Positions 38,937 to 53,888 of a DNA stretch of 64,000 nt are shown here, one piece after another. Origin of the DNA: Eledone cirrhosa (Eukaryota). The notes under the pieces are model-generated. The model was given only the letters and a program-made list of their open reading frames with translations. It was not told the DNA's origin and did no database searches. The stretch spans positions 2,170,001 to 2,234,000 of the forward strand of contig OZ024741.1 in assembly GCA_964016885.1 (NCBI GenBank), written 5' to 3'. Each line of letters begins with the position of its first letter. The first letter of the stretch is position 1. A program made the position numbers and the translations under genes.

Positions 38937-39252
38937 TTCAAGAGTAACCAATCTTAAAGAGGGAGATGGAGATAGGAGAGGAGATACATTAAACTAAAAC
39001 TATGTTGACAATCTTTTAACAATGTCTTCCTTGTGAAATTTGTGGTCTTGTTTTGCTTAACTAATGAATATATATATATATATACTCAATATGGTCTATT
39101 AATATCTAATATATATATATATATACTCAATATGGTCTATTAATATCTAATATATATATATACTCAATATGGTCTATTAATATCTAATATATATATATAA
39201 AACAGGAGGCTGGACTGGCGATATCCCTTTAAAGTTTTATTGTACCAAAAAT

Positions 39253-39309
39253 CACTATACATATTTCAATAGCCTGGTTACGTAAGACCCTGGCGACATC
39301 ATCAGTTGC
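39253..39309 (-). ncRNA. Hammerhead motif, long-stem-II family, copy 3
   Basis: Minus strand: CTGATGA TGTCGCCAGGGT-cttacgta-ACCAGGCTATT GAAA TATGTATA. Flank ACAGGAGGCTGGACTGGCG is shared with 24308. Confidence 0.62.
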
Positions 39310-39516
39310 TACTAAAAGGAATTACTGCAAACACGAACCCCCCCCCCCCCTGGTCGTGTCTACCAATCCCACAATGCTTAGCATTGACGAGTGTGTTATT
39401 GGGAGATGGTCTTCCGCAAAAATAACACCGAATTCATGAGTGACCTCCCGATCAAATATATTCTCTATTTTCTGTGTTTTTATGCCCAAATCAGAAACCA
39501 TTGGTGAACAAATGGA

Positions 39517-39737
39517 GGGCGGTGGATTGGCAGAGTCGTTAAGGCATTAGACAAAATACTTTGTTGCATATAGTTACGGCCCTTTATCTTCTGAGTTCAA
39601 ATTCCAAAGAGTTAGTTCTGCCTTTCATTCGTACAGGGTCGATAAATAAAGTAACAGTAACGCACTGGGGTTGATTTAATCGACTTTCATCACCCCAAAT
39701 TCCTGGCTTTGTGGTCCAAATCGAAACAATTATTATT
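39517..39737 (+). mobile_element. SINE family 1
   Basis: GGCGGTGGATTGGCAG head, GAGTTCAAATTCC B box, ATT tail. Confidence 0.87.
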
Positions 39738-40029
39738 GACGGCTGTTATTATCTATTATTTCAGGTTGTTATTCCACTTTATATCGATAAAATAGGATTA
39801 GAAAGCCGGTGTGCAACCCGTGCATGGCCCAAAGCTAGCAACCTAGAGGATTAGTAAGATTAGTGATCACAGTCTGAATATATTCACTTAAATTAGTTAA
39901 TAACCCTTAATTACAAGCTCGGGTGTGAAATGTTTGCAACGGTAAGCAAAAAAACAAAAATAAATGTTAAAAAATATAAAAATTAATTAAAAGAAAATGA
40001 CAAAAGAAAAAGATGCGGAAATGACAGAG

Positions 40030-40395
<366 letters not shown>

Positions 40396-42113
40396 TGGAG
40401 GAAATGCCATCAGATATTCATTGAGAAAACTAAAAGTAAAACACGGTGAAACTTGTAACCTGGAATCCTAAATATCAATAGACCCCTCGCCCTTCTGTTA
40501 GGAAGTTCTGAGATAAGTAAGGCTTATGTTAAGTCTTTCCCTCGCACACACACACAGACACACACACAGACCCCCCCCCCCCCCCCCCACACACACACAA
40601 ACACACACAGGCACACACTCACACAACCACAAACACACACACATCCACACACACAAACACACACAGACACACACACACACACAGCCACACACACACACAT
40701 ACACACACACAAACACACACAGACACACACACAAACACAAACACACAGGCACACACACATACACACACACAAACACACACATACACACACACACACATAC
40801 ACACACACACACACACACAAACACACACAGGCACACACACACACACACACACACACAAATACACAGACACACACACAGCCACACACACACTTATATATAT
40901 ATAAAGCGTTTATATTTACTTGACCAATTATTTGATGTGACAGTGTGTTGTAAGCAATTAGAATCATGACAACCAATTAAAACAGAAATATACTATTTTA
41001 GTAGCTTTTATATTATGTGTTGGTAATATACTATATACTAAGGTATCACTGATTGAAGTTCTCACCAGAAGTTACTGAAAAGGGCCTCACTAGAAGAGGG
41101 CCTTGTAAACAATTCTCAAATTTAGCAGAAACAGACTCTTTTACTACCTTAATATCTAGTTGCTGACAATAGTTCTAGACGGTGACTGGCACGAAAAGAA
41201 AGCGGTGGGTCACCTCTCTCTATTTAGGTGTCTCCCACTCCTCTGAATTACGGACAGCAGGATTATACAGCTGTTTACGGTGACAATATTTTCGTCACCT
41301 TGCCCACTGAACGCAACTGAAATATACGCCCTAGACATGGGTTCACTCTCTATCCTCACCTTAACTTCATTATTTGATTTTTTTTTTTGTTCTTACTATG
41401 AAATTATTTATCATTGATTTTTCAATCAATCTTTGTTTCTAATAGTTTAGTTGCTATCACTCTAGTCTCACCACTGTTTTACGTTCAGTTTTCCATACTT
41501 GCCAGGGGTAGGCCTCCCTAGATAGGTTTTAACTTAAAGAGATTTTAGTAAATGTAGGGACCACTATGTAGTAACCCAAGTAAGTCTCTCTCAAACACTA
41601 CAGCCACGTTTGTCTTGAAAAAGGTGAGGGACATGCCCATTACATCACAAGAGAAACCAGTGAGAAAGAACCACCATAGACTGAATGTTCCAGTTTGGGA
41701 AATTAATGGCTGAGTATTCTGGAGACATGTGTACGTATTTCTCGGGGAGATCCAGTTTGACACAAGATCTGACATGTTGCACCTTTCAATGACAGCTGCA
41801 ACTCGAGTCTATTGCAACAACATGTTGTTCAATGGCACCGCCATGTCCAGGAATAGAAGTCACAACTATAATAAGCACAACACCTTAACCACTAAACCAC
41901 GCAAATACTATAGACATGGTTAGACTATGTAATAAGGAAAATAACAGGTTAATCCCACCTTAAACGTCTTTCACTACTGGTTTGCCTGATCATGACTGAG
42001 CTGGAGCAAAACCACAATAAATATATCGGTTTATATATCGGACGAATTCGTTAGATTAGAAACATTGTCATATTATAGTTTTTAACCAGGTGATAAACAG
42101 TGATTGATATTTA

Positions 42114-42168
<55 letters not shown>

Positions 42169-42406
42169 AGGAAGTAGTACAGCATGATCGAAGCTCTGGT
42201 TGCGGGCAAGCTAACGAATGCTGTCGGGAAGTGCAGCCAAAAGCACTCAATAAGGAATTTTACCTTAGAGTTATAACATTACGTTTAGACAGCTTTGCAA
42301 ATTGAAGCCAGCGACCGAAAAGCGACCCGCTAGGACCAGAACAACAAACCGATTCAGGGAAATAAAAGGATAGATAAATAAATAAACAGATAGATGAGTA
42401 AATAAG

Positions 42407-42500
<94 letters not shown>

Positions 42501-43209
42501 TATTTACTCATCTATCTGTTTATTTATTTATCTATCCTTTTATTTATGTATTTATTTATTTATTTATTTATTTCTATACTTAAATCTCTATTTTTTACTT
42601 GCTTTCATTCTTGTATCAATGTATATTTGTCTGTCTGTTTATCTTCCTCCTTCTCTCCATCCTATCTCTGCCTGTATCCATCAACAATTACTGTCTCTAC
42701 CTGCTTTCCTTTTCCTTTTTCATCTTTCTCTATCTCTTTCTCTTTTTCCTTATTCATCCTTCTTTTTCTTCTCTACCTCTAATACAACTATCCCCCCTCT
42801 TTACTTTCTATCTGTATCTTTATTATTAATATTATCTTTATTTTGATGTGATATTTTTATTTCGTAATTTTGCCGATTATGCATTTAACTGTATTTTCGT
42901 TTTCTCTTTCGTCTTCCCCCCCCCCCCTCCTTTCCATCTGCCCCCCTTCCTTTATTTCTCTCTATATCTTTATTATTAATATTATTATTGATGTAGTAAT
43001 TTGAATTTATAAATTTACCGTTACGCATATATTTTGTATTTTTTCTCAGTTCTCTGACGCAATGATGAGGTTGCATATATTTTCAATTGAGTGCCACTAA
43101 CTTCAGTGTTTAGCAATTTTTAGACAACTCCATCATAGAAACAATTGTTAGACTGTTAATAAATTTCCTTGTTTATACTGTTGACCATTATTCTTCACTT
43201 TTTCAATTT

Positions 43210-43295
<86 letters not shown>

Positions 43296-43299
<4 letters not shown>

Positions 43300-43410
43300 G
43301 ACCCGTAACGCCTGGTGGAGTCATTGGGTGTCTTGCCGGTTGTTTTTTCCCTTAAAATCTGTCCAGTGATTCTTTCCTGAGACATTCTAACCACATGTCC
43401 ATAGTATCAA
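43296..43410 (-). mobile_element. Short RTE-like 3' ORF remnant
   Basis: GHVVRMSQERITGQIL..TTGK.P resembles the RTE C-terminal motif. Confidence 0.55.
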
Positions 43411-44346
43411 AGCTGTGATCTCTCAATTGGGAGAAGTAGCGTCCTACCAGGAGTCACTTTCTCATCTCCCAGCTATGCACTCTATCGAGCAATGCCACCC
43501 CAAAACCCTTCAGAGGAATCTTTATTTCGGCCGCTTGTACATGGGATCATATTCTTTCAGACATTATCCAAGACCCACGACCACAGGCAAGGGCTGGCAA
43601 GAACACCTAACCGATGTCTGATACTGAGCCTATACAGCTTATTAGATGATCACTTCGTATCTACGTGATTTCGGCTACAATCCCACTGGGTAGGATCTTT
43701 TAGCCTAACCTCCAGTTAACCAAAACATTGTGGAAGAACCGTTTCTCTTCTTTGATGACAGAGTTAATACGTTTCTAAGTTTAACACCTGGTTCAGTCAA
43801 ATATTTGGACCAGAGATAATGTGGTCCCTTCCACAGCAGCAATGTAGGAAGATTGAAAAGGATCATAGTGCCCTTCCTCTTATGACATCACCATTTAACG
43901 TATATTACCCATATATGGGCTAGATGGTTGTTATGTTCTGTGGCTAGACTGGTCAACTAACCAAGACATGTTCGATTGTGGCTTAGATTGTACGGTTGAA
44001 TGTCCTTCCTGACACTAAACACTTTACAGCAGATATTAGGAGCATTTCATCGTGGTTACCACACTACCACATTACAGGATCAGGTGAGTGTCTTATATCG
44101 TGTTATTAGTGCTACCAACTTACAGGGAGATTTTATCGCGGCACCAACACTGGGGAAACATTGAGGGCAGATGTGGGCGTCATACTGCCTTGGAAGTAGA
44201 AGCGTCAGGTCTTTGAGTTGGTCTTGAAGAGAGTGAGTTGCTTCTTGTTGATATTGTAGAGCATACCACAAGATGTAGGTGGGAACAGGGGCCTCTATTT
44301 CTTCCATGGTGACTTGGGTTGGAGAAAGAAGGTGAACACACACACA

Positions 44347-44436
<90 letters not shown>

Positions 44437-44986
44437 TGGTGGTGGTGGTGGTGGTGGTGGTGGTGCTATTAAGTCAGACATAGCTTGAGCCAACACTGGT
44501 CGAAAGCTATATATAAATGGGGGGAGGAGTGAAGTCAACGGGAGTACAATGCAATGATGATATATATTAATTTTAAGTTTGATATAGCAGGAAAAGCGTC
44601 TTAACGTTTCAGATGTTAGTCCTTCATCGGCAGATAGAATGAGAGAAAGAAGAAGAAATAGAATGATAGCTGAGAGTGAGAAGAGGGAGAAACTGAAACA
44701 AAATTACTGAAGTATTTAAGCAGCCACATTAAAACTTTCATTTTTTTTTTTTTAAATTAACAATCAAGGTATATTGAGAAAATTATATTTAACTTACCTG
44801 ATGTACAAAGACATCTTGCGATTTGTCATCTGGAGTAATAAAACCCCAGCCTTGAGCCACGTTAAACCACTTACAGCCCCCATGTTTCCTTCGACCACCT
44901 GCAATTAAAATATATTTCAAATATTAGGATTATCACATCACATTATATAAAAATATTTATTAAATAATATAACAATAATTAACTAT

Positions 44987-45781
44987 AATATTTATTACAT
45001 AATGTAAATATATTTCTCACAATATATTTATTACATAATGTAAATATATTTCTCACAATATATTTATTACATAATGTAAATATATTTCTCACAATATATT
45101 TATTATATAATGTAAATATATTTCTCACAATATATTTATTACATAATGTAAATATATTTCTCACAATATATTTATTACATAATGTAAATATATTTCTCAC
45201 AATATATTTATTACATAATGTAAATATATTTCTCACAATATATTTATTACATAATGTAAATATATTTCTCACAATATATTTATTATATAATGTAAATATA
45301 TTTCTCACAATATATTTATTACATAATGTAAATATATTTATTACATAATGTAAATATATTTCTCACAATATATTTATTATATAATGTAAATATATTTCTC
45401 ACAATATATTTATTACATAATGTAAATATATTTCTCACAATATATTTATTACATAATGTAAATATATTTCTCACAATATATTTATTACATAATGTAAATA
45501 TATTTCTCACAATATATTTATTACATAATGTAAATATATTTCTCACAATATATTTATTATATAATGTAAATATATTTCTCACAATATATTTATTACATAA
45601 TGTAAATATATTTCTCACAATATATTTATTACATAATGTAAATATATTTCTCACAATATATTTATTATATAATGTAAATATATTTCTCACAATATATGTA
45701 TTAGATAATGTAAATATATTTCTCACAATATATTTATTACATAATGTAAATCTATTTCTCACAGTATATTTATTACATAAT
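44987..45781. repeat. 36-bp AT-rich minisatellite, about 22 copies
   Basis: Unit AATATATTTATTACATAATGTAAATATATTTCTCAC. Confidence 0.97.
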
Positions 45782-46114
45782 ATAATATATTATAACCTAT
45801 TTCTTACATAATATACATATGTTTACATGTTATTGCTCTCACAGTTGATCAAAAGGGTAAGAGGTCGAACTTAAAAAAAATAAAAAAATTCACACAGATT
45901 TGAAGACTATTTGAAAATGACATAACATCACACAGACACATCTAAATATACATATACATACATACATAGATAAGCATCTAAATATACATATATATATATA
46001 TATACAGTATTTTCCGTTGTGTTGTAATATAAATATTACACACAGTAGATTATCAGCTCACGTAGAGTTTGCTCGACGGTTCCAGTTGTAGTTCCAAAAG
46101 TAATCCGGAGAAAA

Positions 46115-46410
46115 ATAGAAAGATTTGAATGGATACAGTTTAGTTGAAAGGAATTTATTGACACGTGTTTCTATAACAGTTACATAACCTAAAACAGCTG
46201 CTATCTACAAACTTTTAGTTATGCAGACATTCAATATTTCAATGTTATTATTTACTGTCATTTCATGAAATGACAGTAAATAATAACATTGAAATATTGA
46301 ATGTCTGCATAACTAAAAGTTTGTAGATAGCAGCTGTTTTAGGTTATGTAACTGTTATAGAAACACGTGTCAATAAATTCCTTTCAACTAAACTGTATCC
46401 ATTCAAATCT

Positions 46411-46416
<6 letters not shown>
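46115..46416. repeat. 302-bp spacer-less palindrome, apparently perfect
   Basis: Centre TTTCA|TGAAA at 46265/46266. Arms match with no mismatch visible by eye; the right end abuts (TA)n. Confidence 0.93.
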
Positions 46417-46471
<55 letters not shown>

Positions 46472-46659
46472 CACACATAATACAAACATCTAAATATACA
46501 TACATATAAACATATATACATACACATACATAAATAGATACATACATACACATAAATAGATGCATACATACATACAAACATACATACATACACATATACA
46601 TACGTACATACATACACACATACACACACATATACATATATACACACACATACATACGC

Positions 46660-46690
<31 letters not shown>

Positions 46691-46765
46691 TACATACATA
46701 CATACATACATACATACATACATACATACATACATACATACATACATACATACATACATACATAC

Positions 46766-49178
46766 TAAAAAGAACTGGAACAGGACTACTGCCAACATGT
46801 CCAGACAAAACAATATGACATAGATGGGTCAATACTGGAAACAGCTCTACAGAAAATGTCGAATAGGAAATCGCCAGGCCCAGACCTCATTACAGGATAC
46901 TGGTTGAAGAATTTCACTTTCTATCGGCAAGATCTCATACAGCTGTTTACAGAAACCATTAAGGGCACACAAGAACTGCCCAGATGGTTATCAACTGCCT
47001 CTACTCTCCTCATTCCCCAAAATAGCCAAACCACCCTTGCTAAAAATTACCGCCCAATTGCCTGCCAAAACATCATGTATAAATTATATACTGGGTGCCT
47101 TAACCTGTTCTTACAGGATCACTGTGCTACCAACAACATCATAACACCTGAGCAAGCTGGTGGAAAGAGGGAGGTGTGGGGTTGCATAGATCACCTACCA
47201 ACTAACAAAATGATTCAGGAAAAAACAACAAAGAATCGCAGAAACATGACTGTCGTGTGGCTGGACTATCAAAAAGCATTTGATAGTGTACCTCATGGGT
47301 GGATTGTTAAGGCTTTACAGTTAGCTAAAGTCCCACAACCATTGGTAGATGCTGTTGAACGCCTGACCAAGAACTGGTACACCAATTTGATCCTTAGAGG
47401 TGAGAAGGAGCAGGTTAAGACTGATAAGATACATTACCAGAAGGGCATCTTTCAGGGTGATAGCTTGTCAGTGCTACTCTTCGTTCTCTCACTGAATCCA
47501 CTATCTTACCTACTCAGGAAACAAGGTGGACAAAGAAGTGGGCCCAGAAGTATCTCCCATCTTTTCTTTGTTGATGACCTGAAGTTGTATGGGCCAAATA
47601 TCAATGACATCAAGAAACAATTGGACCTCATTACACAATTTTCAACCGACATCAAAATGAAATTTGGTGAGTCCAAATGTGCATATTTGGCAGTAAAACG
47701 TGGAAGAGCTGTGCCCTCCTCTAGAAATCTAGAGATGAACGGCCTGACAATACAACCTCTGCAGTCAGGTGACAACTACAGATATCTTGGACAGGATGAG
47801 AATGTCAGATATGATGGACCCATAAATAAGGAGAGAACCAAAACTGAATACCTCAGAAGAGTAAAGAAAATATGGTCATCAGAACTGTCAGCATACAACA
47901 AATACATTGCCCAATACTTATGCTGTGCCAATTCTAACGCCAACATTTGGCCTACTAAACTGGTCATTGCAAGAACTAAGTGAGATGGATGTTAGAACTC
48001 GAAAACTTCTCAGTGTTACTGGGAACTTTAACATCAATGGTGATGTGGATAGGCTATACTTCTCACGCAAGGAAGGTGGCCGGGGTCTAAAATCAATATT
48101 AACAACATATGAGACCCGGATAGTAACACTGAAGCAACACCTTCAACAGAGGAAAAAGGTTGGCAACCATCTTGCCCAGGTTTATGACCATGAAAAAAGA
48201 AATATCATTAGAATAGCGACTGATCTGAAGGAGAGATATGGAATAAAGCCTGATATAAATCTCTCACCCAGAGAAATCGGAAGATCCTATTCAATGTTCA
48301 AACAAGATAAACAAATTGACCAATTTACAGAAAAAGTTGTGCATGGATACTTGAGGCGTAAAACACAGACCATAGAGGGGATAAACCACTCAAAAAGCCT
48401 GGCATGGAGTTCCGACAAGTTTATGACATCACACCTTGAGGGATATCTCTATGCAATACAGGAACAAGAACTCCCTACCAAATATCTGCTGCACAAAAGG
48501 GGAGGGCCAGCAGCTGACAATAAATGTAGGCTATGTAAAACAAAGATCGAGGATGTAAGCCACATTGTTGCCAGCTGCGAAAGAATGTCATCTCGCTACT
48601 ACCTCCCCATGAGACACGATGGGATAGCTAGAACCATCTGGAACGCACTTCGGAAAACAAAATTAACAACAAACGAGGAAGAATATATTGAGACAGATGG
48701 CACTAAGGAATACTGGTGGAACCTGACAATAAAAACTGCCACCAAATTAAAGCACAACCGGCCTGATATTGTAGTTTGGGACCACACATTGAAAACGTGT
48801 TCTGTTGTGGAGATCAGCTGCCCACTTGATGTAAACGTTGTCAGAAAAATACAGGAGAAGGAGGACATCTACGGACCATTGATGAGGAGTTTACAAATCC
48901 AGTATCCAAGATACACCTTTAGCTTCATACCCATCATTATTGGTGCTACGGGTTATATACCAACCCGCTTGGACCAAAGTATGACTGAACTTGGATTTGC
49001 GGACAAAAAGCGCAGCTCCCTAATTCATAGTCTACAAATGGCTGCGATAGCTGGCACCTTCAAAATTTGCAAAACATTCTTGCGATTCAAGGGATGACAA
49101 GTTCTTTTCTTTTACAACCTTGCCACCAGGAAGGTGGCCGGTCAAAAAAATATACTCGAAATTAAGAGAAAGAGAAAA
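46766..49178 (+). mobile_element. 5'-truncated R4-clade (RLE) non-LTR element with RT, CCHC and RLE; one frameshift near 47910
   Basis: KSPGPD, NYRPIAC, LDYQKAFDSVPH, GIFQGDSLS, LFFVDDLK, RLYFSRKEGGRGL, CRLC...HIVASC, RHD, HNRPD...EISCP. Stop at 49097. Flanked by (CATA)n and CATACAT. Confidence 0.94.
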
Positions 49179-49185
49179 CATACAT

Positions 49186-49765
49186 GGTGGCTGCCAACTC
49201 ATTTTCGAGTACGGCCACTACTTTATATCCATGTAGGAGAACCCCTACCGATGCGTTGAACAAGTGTGACTTTCTAGTTCAGCCAGCGACTTGAAAACTC
49301 TGGTACAAACACTACACTTGTGACAATTAATGACACAGTGCTGGGCCCATGGTACCATGTGACGACAAGTGCAGAGAGATCTCCAGATATAAAGCAATGC
49401 CTGTGCCGTGATGCTTTTACAGTGTGCAAAGGCACTGCACAAAGCCAGTCCCACTCTCTCAACCAAGATGATATTTACCAAAAAGAAGAACAAGTCAACA
49501 TCATTGGATACCATCAGGGTTGCAGGTGTTATATCAGAGTTTTCCTTCTCCTAGAATTCTGCCTTGACAAAGGCTAAGGGGTCATCACTCCCGGTGATTT
49601 TGGATGGCCATTGACTCTTAAGAGCTCCTTTGCCCTTTGACAGGTTTTGTTTTTAGTCCTGCAGGATGTCCAAAGTCACCCTCCTTACCAAGAAGCCTTG
49701 GTGGGGTTGCCAGTTTAGTCGCCTACGACCCGACCATGAGACAGGTTGTACTGGGATACATGTTA
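49186..49765 (-). mobile_element. Non-autonomous RTE-derived or SINE-like element: 5'-UTR-like head, Meta-like middle, C2H2-coding 3' end, (ATGT)n tail
   Basis: Minus strand carries GTCGTAGGCGACTAA, TTAGCCTTTGTCAAGGCAGAATTCTAGGAGAAGGAAAACTCTG and CSVCTRVFKSLAELESH. Homologous copy at 50256-50598. Confidence 0.6.
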
Positions 49766-49886
49766 CATATACATACATATATATATACATATACATACAC
49801 ATATATATACATATACATACATATATATATACACATATACATACATATATATATATATATACATATACACACATATATACATATAC

Positions 49887-49923
<37 letters not shown>

Positions 49924-50112
49924 CATACATATATATATATATACATACACACACATACATATATATACACATACATACATATATATATACATATACATAC
50001 ATATATATATATACATACATACATATATATATATACATACATACATACACACACATACATACACATACACACATACATACATACACATATATACATACAT
50101 ACATACATATAT

Positions 50113-50145
<33 letters not shown>

Positions 50146-50255
50146 CATACATACATACATACATATACATACATACATATATATATATACATACATATAT
50201 ATATATACATACATATACATACACATACACACATACATATATACACATATATATA

Positions 50256-50598
50256 TGATGGCTGCCCCCTCGTTATCGAGTATGGCCATTGCACGATATA
50301 CCATTATTAATAATTATTAATTAATGCCTGTGCATGAAGATATTTTTTTAAATGAGGAAAGACTGTGCACAGAGCCAATCCCACTCTCTGAGCGACAGTA
50401 GCTATAACCCGAAAAGAAGAAAATATCAACATCATCGGTAACTACTGAGCCGCAGGTTTTATATCGGAGTTATCCCAGTTTCCTGAGTTGCCTTCTCCTA
50501 GAAGAGTGCCCTGACAAAGGCTAGGGGTCCTTCACTCCCAGTGGTTTAACCGCGCGATCGGGTGTCCAGCCCGATTATTTCTATGTCCCCGCGCATCC
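50256..50598 (-). mobile_element. Related non-autonomous element with a different head and without the C2H2 segment
   Basis: Shares CCCACTCTCT...TCAACATCAT...CCTTCTCCTAGA...GACAAAGGCTA and the GGCTGCC 3' end with 49186-49765. Confidence 0.6.
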
Positions 50599-50854
50599 AT
50601 ACATACATACATACATACATACATACATACATACATACATACATACATACGGACATACATACATGACGGCTGCAAACTCCGCCAAGAGTATTGCAATCGC
50701 TTGTCAGATTCAAATGTGGGACGCTCGGATATGGCTTTTCAAGCCTGTTAGATATGTATGTTTAGTGCTTGCTTACACTTCGTAACATAGCGGTTCGACA
50801 ATCAGAAATCGATACACTAAGTTTGAGACTTTGAAAATAAGCAAGTACGTAACC

Positions 50855-50885
<31 letters not shown>

Positions 50886-51106
50886 ACCCATCATGGCTGC
50901 TGTGTAATCACTGAAACAAGTATGAAAATAAAAGTGTCAACAAAAATTATTTATGACAAACGCATCCACCTATATATTATTTTATATTAAAAATACACAC
51001 CCACACGCCCAAACACACACATATATATAACATATATAAAATATACATATCATTTATATATAATACATATGTTTATATATATATATTTATATATTATATA
51101 AATATA

Positions 51107-51139
<33 letters not shown>

Positions 51140-51281
51140 GTATTTACATATCTTTATATAAATGATATATATATATAAGTTATATATATATATATGTATA
51201 TAAATATGTTTATATATATATATGTATATATGTTTATATATTTATATATATATATATATATTTATATATAAATATATTTAT

Positions 51282-51320
<39 letters not shown>

Positions 51321-51393
51321 ATTTTTTTAATATAAGGAACTGTTTCTTTGTTTATTCATTATTTTATTAATTTATATATATATATATATATTA

Positions 51394-51449
<56 letters not shown>

Positions 51450-51526
51450 CGAAGGAAATGTGGTAAGGAACCAGGTGGACCATAACGCACCAAAGTACTC
51501 AATACTTAGGGTAGTAGAGTGGGTAA

Positions 51527-51636
51527 TAGGAACCAGTAAGACCCCGACGGCTGAGTTCAAGCCGCTTCGACGGCTAATTCAGGACTCAATTAGCCGTCGA
51601 TACGGCTTGAGCTCAGCCCTCGGGGTCTTACTGGTT

Positions 51637-51640
<4 letters not shown>
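51527..51640. repeat. ~114-bp hairpin element at (TA)n; half copies at 54468-54550 and about 32273-32290
   Basis: TAGGAACCAGTAAGACCCCGA...TCGGGGTCTTACTGGTTCCTA. Confidence 0.88.
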
Positions 51641-51703
<63 letters not shown>

Positions 51704-51705
<2 letters not shown>

Positions 51706-52083
51706 GAAAACAGGGAGAAAGAGACGATTATGAGGAAGAAAAGTTTTTTTTTCCTTTTTTGTTTCTCTCCTTTTTCTGGGTTAGAAAATGATTAAAACGA
51801 AATGTTTTACTTTGTGTGAAGTGTTTAGGTATTAGTTGATTTATTTATTATTTAACAATGGCATGCATATAAATGCCGAAACCGGTAATAGACAATAATT
51901 AAATATATAAATAGATAAATAAATGCCATTGTTAAATAATAAATAAATCAACTAATACCTAAACACTTTACACAAAGTAAAACATTTCGTTTTAATCATT
52001 TTCTAACCCAGAAAAAAGAGAGAGAGAAACAAAAAAGGAAAATAATATATTTTTCTTCTTCATAATCGTCTCTTTCTCCCTGT

Positions 52084-52089
<6 letters not shown>
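51704..52089. repeat. Inverted repeat with ~160-bp arms between (TA)n tracts
   Basis: ATGAAAACAGGGAGAAAGAGACG...CAATGGCAT and its reverse complement. Confidence 0.92.
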
Positions 52090-52155
<66 letters not shown>

Positions 52156-52600
52156 TAACTCGTATATATATATATATATATATCATTTATATATAATAGG
52201 TTTCATTCGTTGTTACATAACCATGGAGGTGTTGGAGGGGACAACACTGAACCAGAACTTCCCACATAATTCGCTCCTCCTCTTTCTTGCAGCCAATTCT
52301 TTACTCCTAGCATCATCACCCCCCTCTCTATATATATACATACATACATATACATACATACATATATATATACACATACATCACATATATACCTACATAC
52401 ATATATACATATATATACATACATACATATACGTGCATACATACATATATATACACATACAGACATATATACATACATACATATATATATACATACATAT
52501 ATACATACATACATATATATATATACATACATACATACATACATACATACATACATACATACATACACACATACATATATACATACATATATACATACAT

Positions 52601-52692
52601 AAAAGGGATGACAATTTCTTTTCTTTTACAACCTTGCCACCAGGAAGGTGGCCGGTCAAAAAGATATACTCGAAATTAAGAGAAAGAGATAA
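52601..52692 (+). mobile_element. Isolated 3' end of the same R4 family as 46766-49178
   Basis: Near-identical to 49089-49178, embedded in (CATA)n. Confidence 0.92.
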
Positions 52693-52696
52693 CATA

Positions 52697-52736
<40 letters not shown>

Positions 52737-52888
52737 CACATACATATATACATACATATATATATATACATACATACATATACATATATATATATATATA
52801 TATAATGTATATATGTACATTTATATATTTCTGATACTCTTTAAAAAATCATATCAAGATGTTTTTCTTGCTGGTGCTGTCGTTATAA

Positions 52889-52891
52889 TGG

Positions 52892-52940
<49 letters not shown>

Positions 52941-53322
52941 ATTTGTTGTTGTATTTGTTGTTGTAGTTGTTGTTGTATTTGTTGTTGTTGTTGTTGTTGT
53001 ATTTGTTGTTGTATTTGTTGTTGTAGTTGTTGTTGTATTTGTTGTTGTTGTTGTTGTTGTTGTTGTATTTGTTGTTGTATTTGTTGTAGTTGTTGTTGTA
53101 TTTGTTGTTGTTGTTGTTAGTGTTGTTGTTATAGTTGTTGTTGATAAAATAACAAAACACAGCCCCACAACAAAACACAGCCCCACAACAGAACCCAGCC
53201 CCACAACAATACACAGCCCCACAACAAAACCCAGCCCCACAACAAAACCCAGCCCCACAACAAAACACAGCCCCACAACAAAACCCAGCCCCACAACAAA
53301 ACCCAGCCCCACAACAATACAC
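52889..53322. repeat. (GTT)n compound repeat followed by an 18-bp minisatellite (ACAAAACCCAGCCCCACA)
   Basis: Direct inspection. Confidence 0.95.
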
Positions 53323-53815
53323 AGGAGTGATCGACACAGGAAACAACATTGGGATCACATGAGATAACGTGGGAGCCTCTACATGATAGCAGTTCTACTA
53401 GAAATAGCAGCCATATATACCCGGGAAGGGAAGGAGTACAACATTGTATAATGTAAACACGTATTATTAGAAAAACTGCATGGTCACGGGTGGAAAGCTT
53501 TAGATCACAGGTCCAATCGATCAGGATTGACCTGGGACCACATATCGATTGCATCGTTTTTCATCATTTGATCTGTTATATTATGTAAACAGTTTTGTGT
53601 AGCAGAAATAAATGTACACACACACACACACACATACATACACACACACACGCATACACACATACACACACACACACATAAACATACACATATACACACA
53701 CACACATACACACACACATACACATACATACACATACACATATACACACACGCACACACGCATACACACATACACACACATACACATACACACACACAGA
53801 CACATACACGCATAG

Positions 53816-53849
<34 letters not shown>

Positions 53850-53888
53850 GCACATACAAACACATATATATAAATATATATATATATA

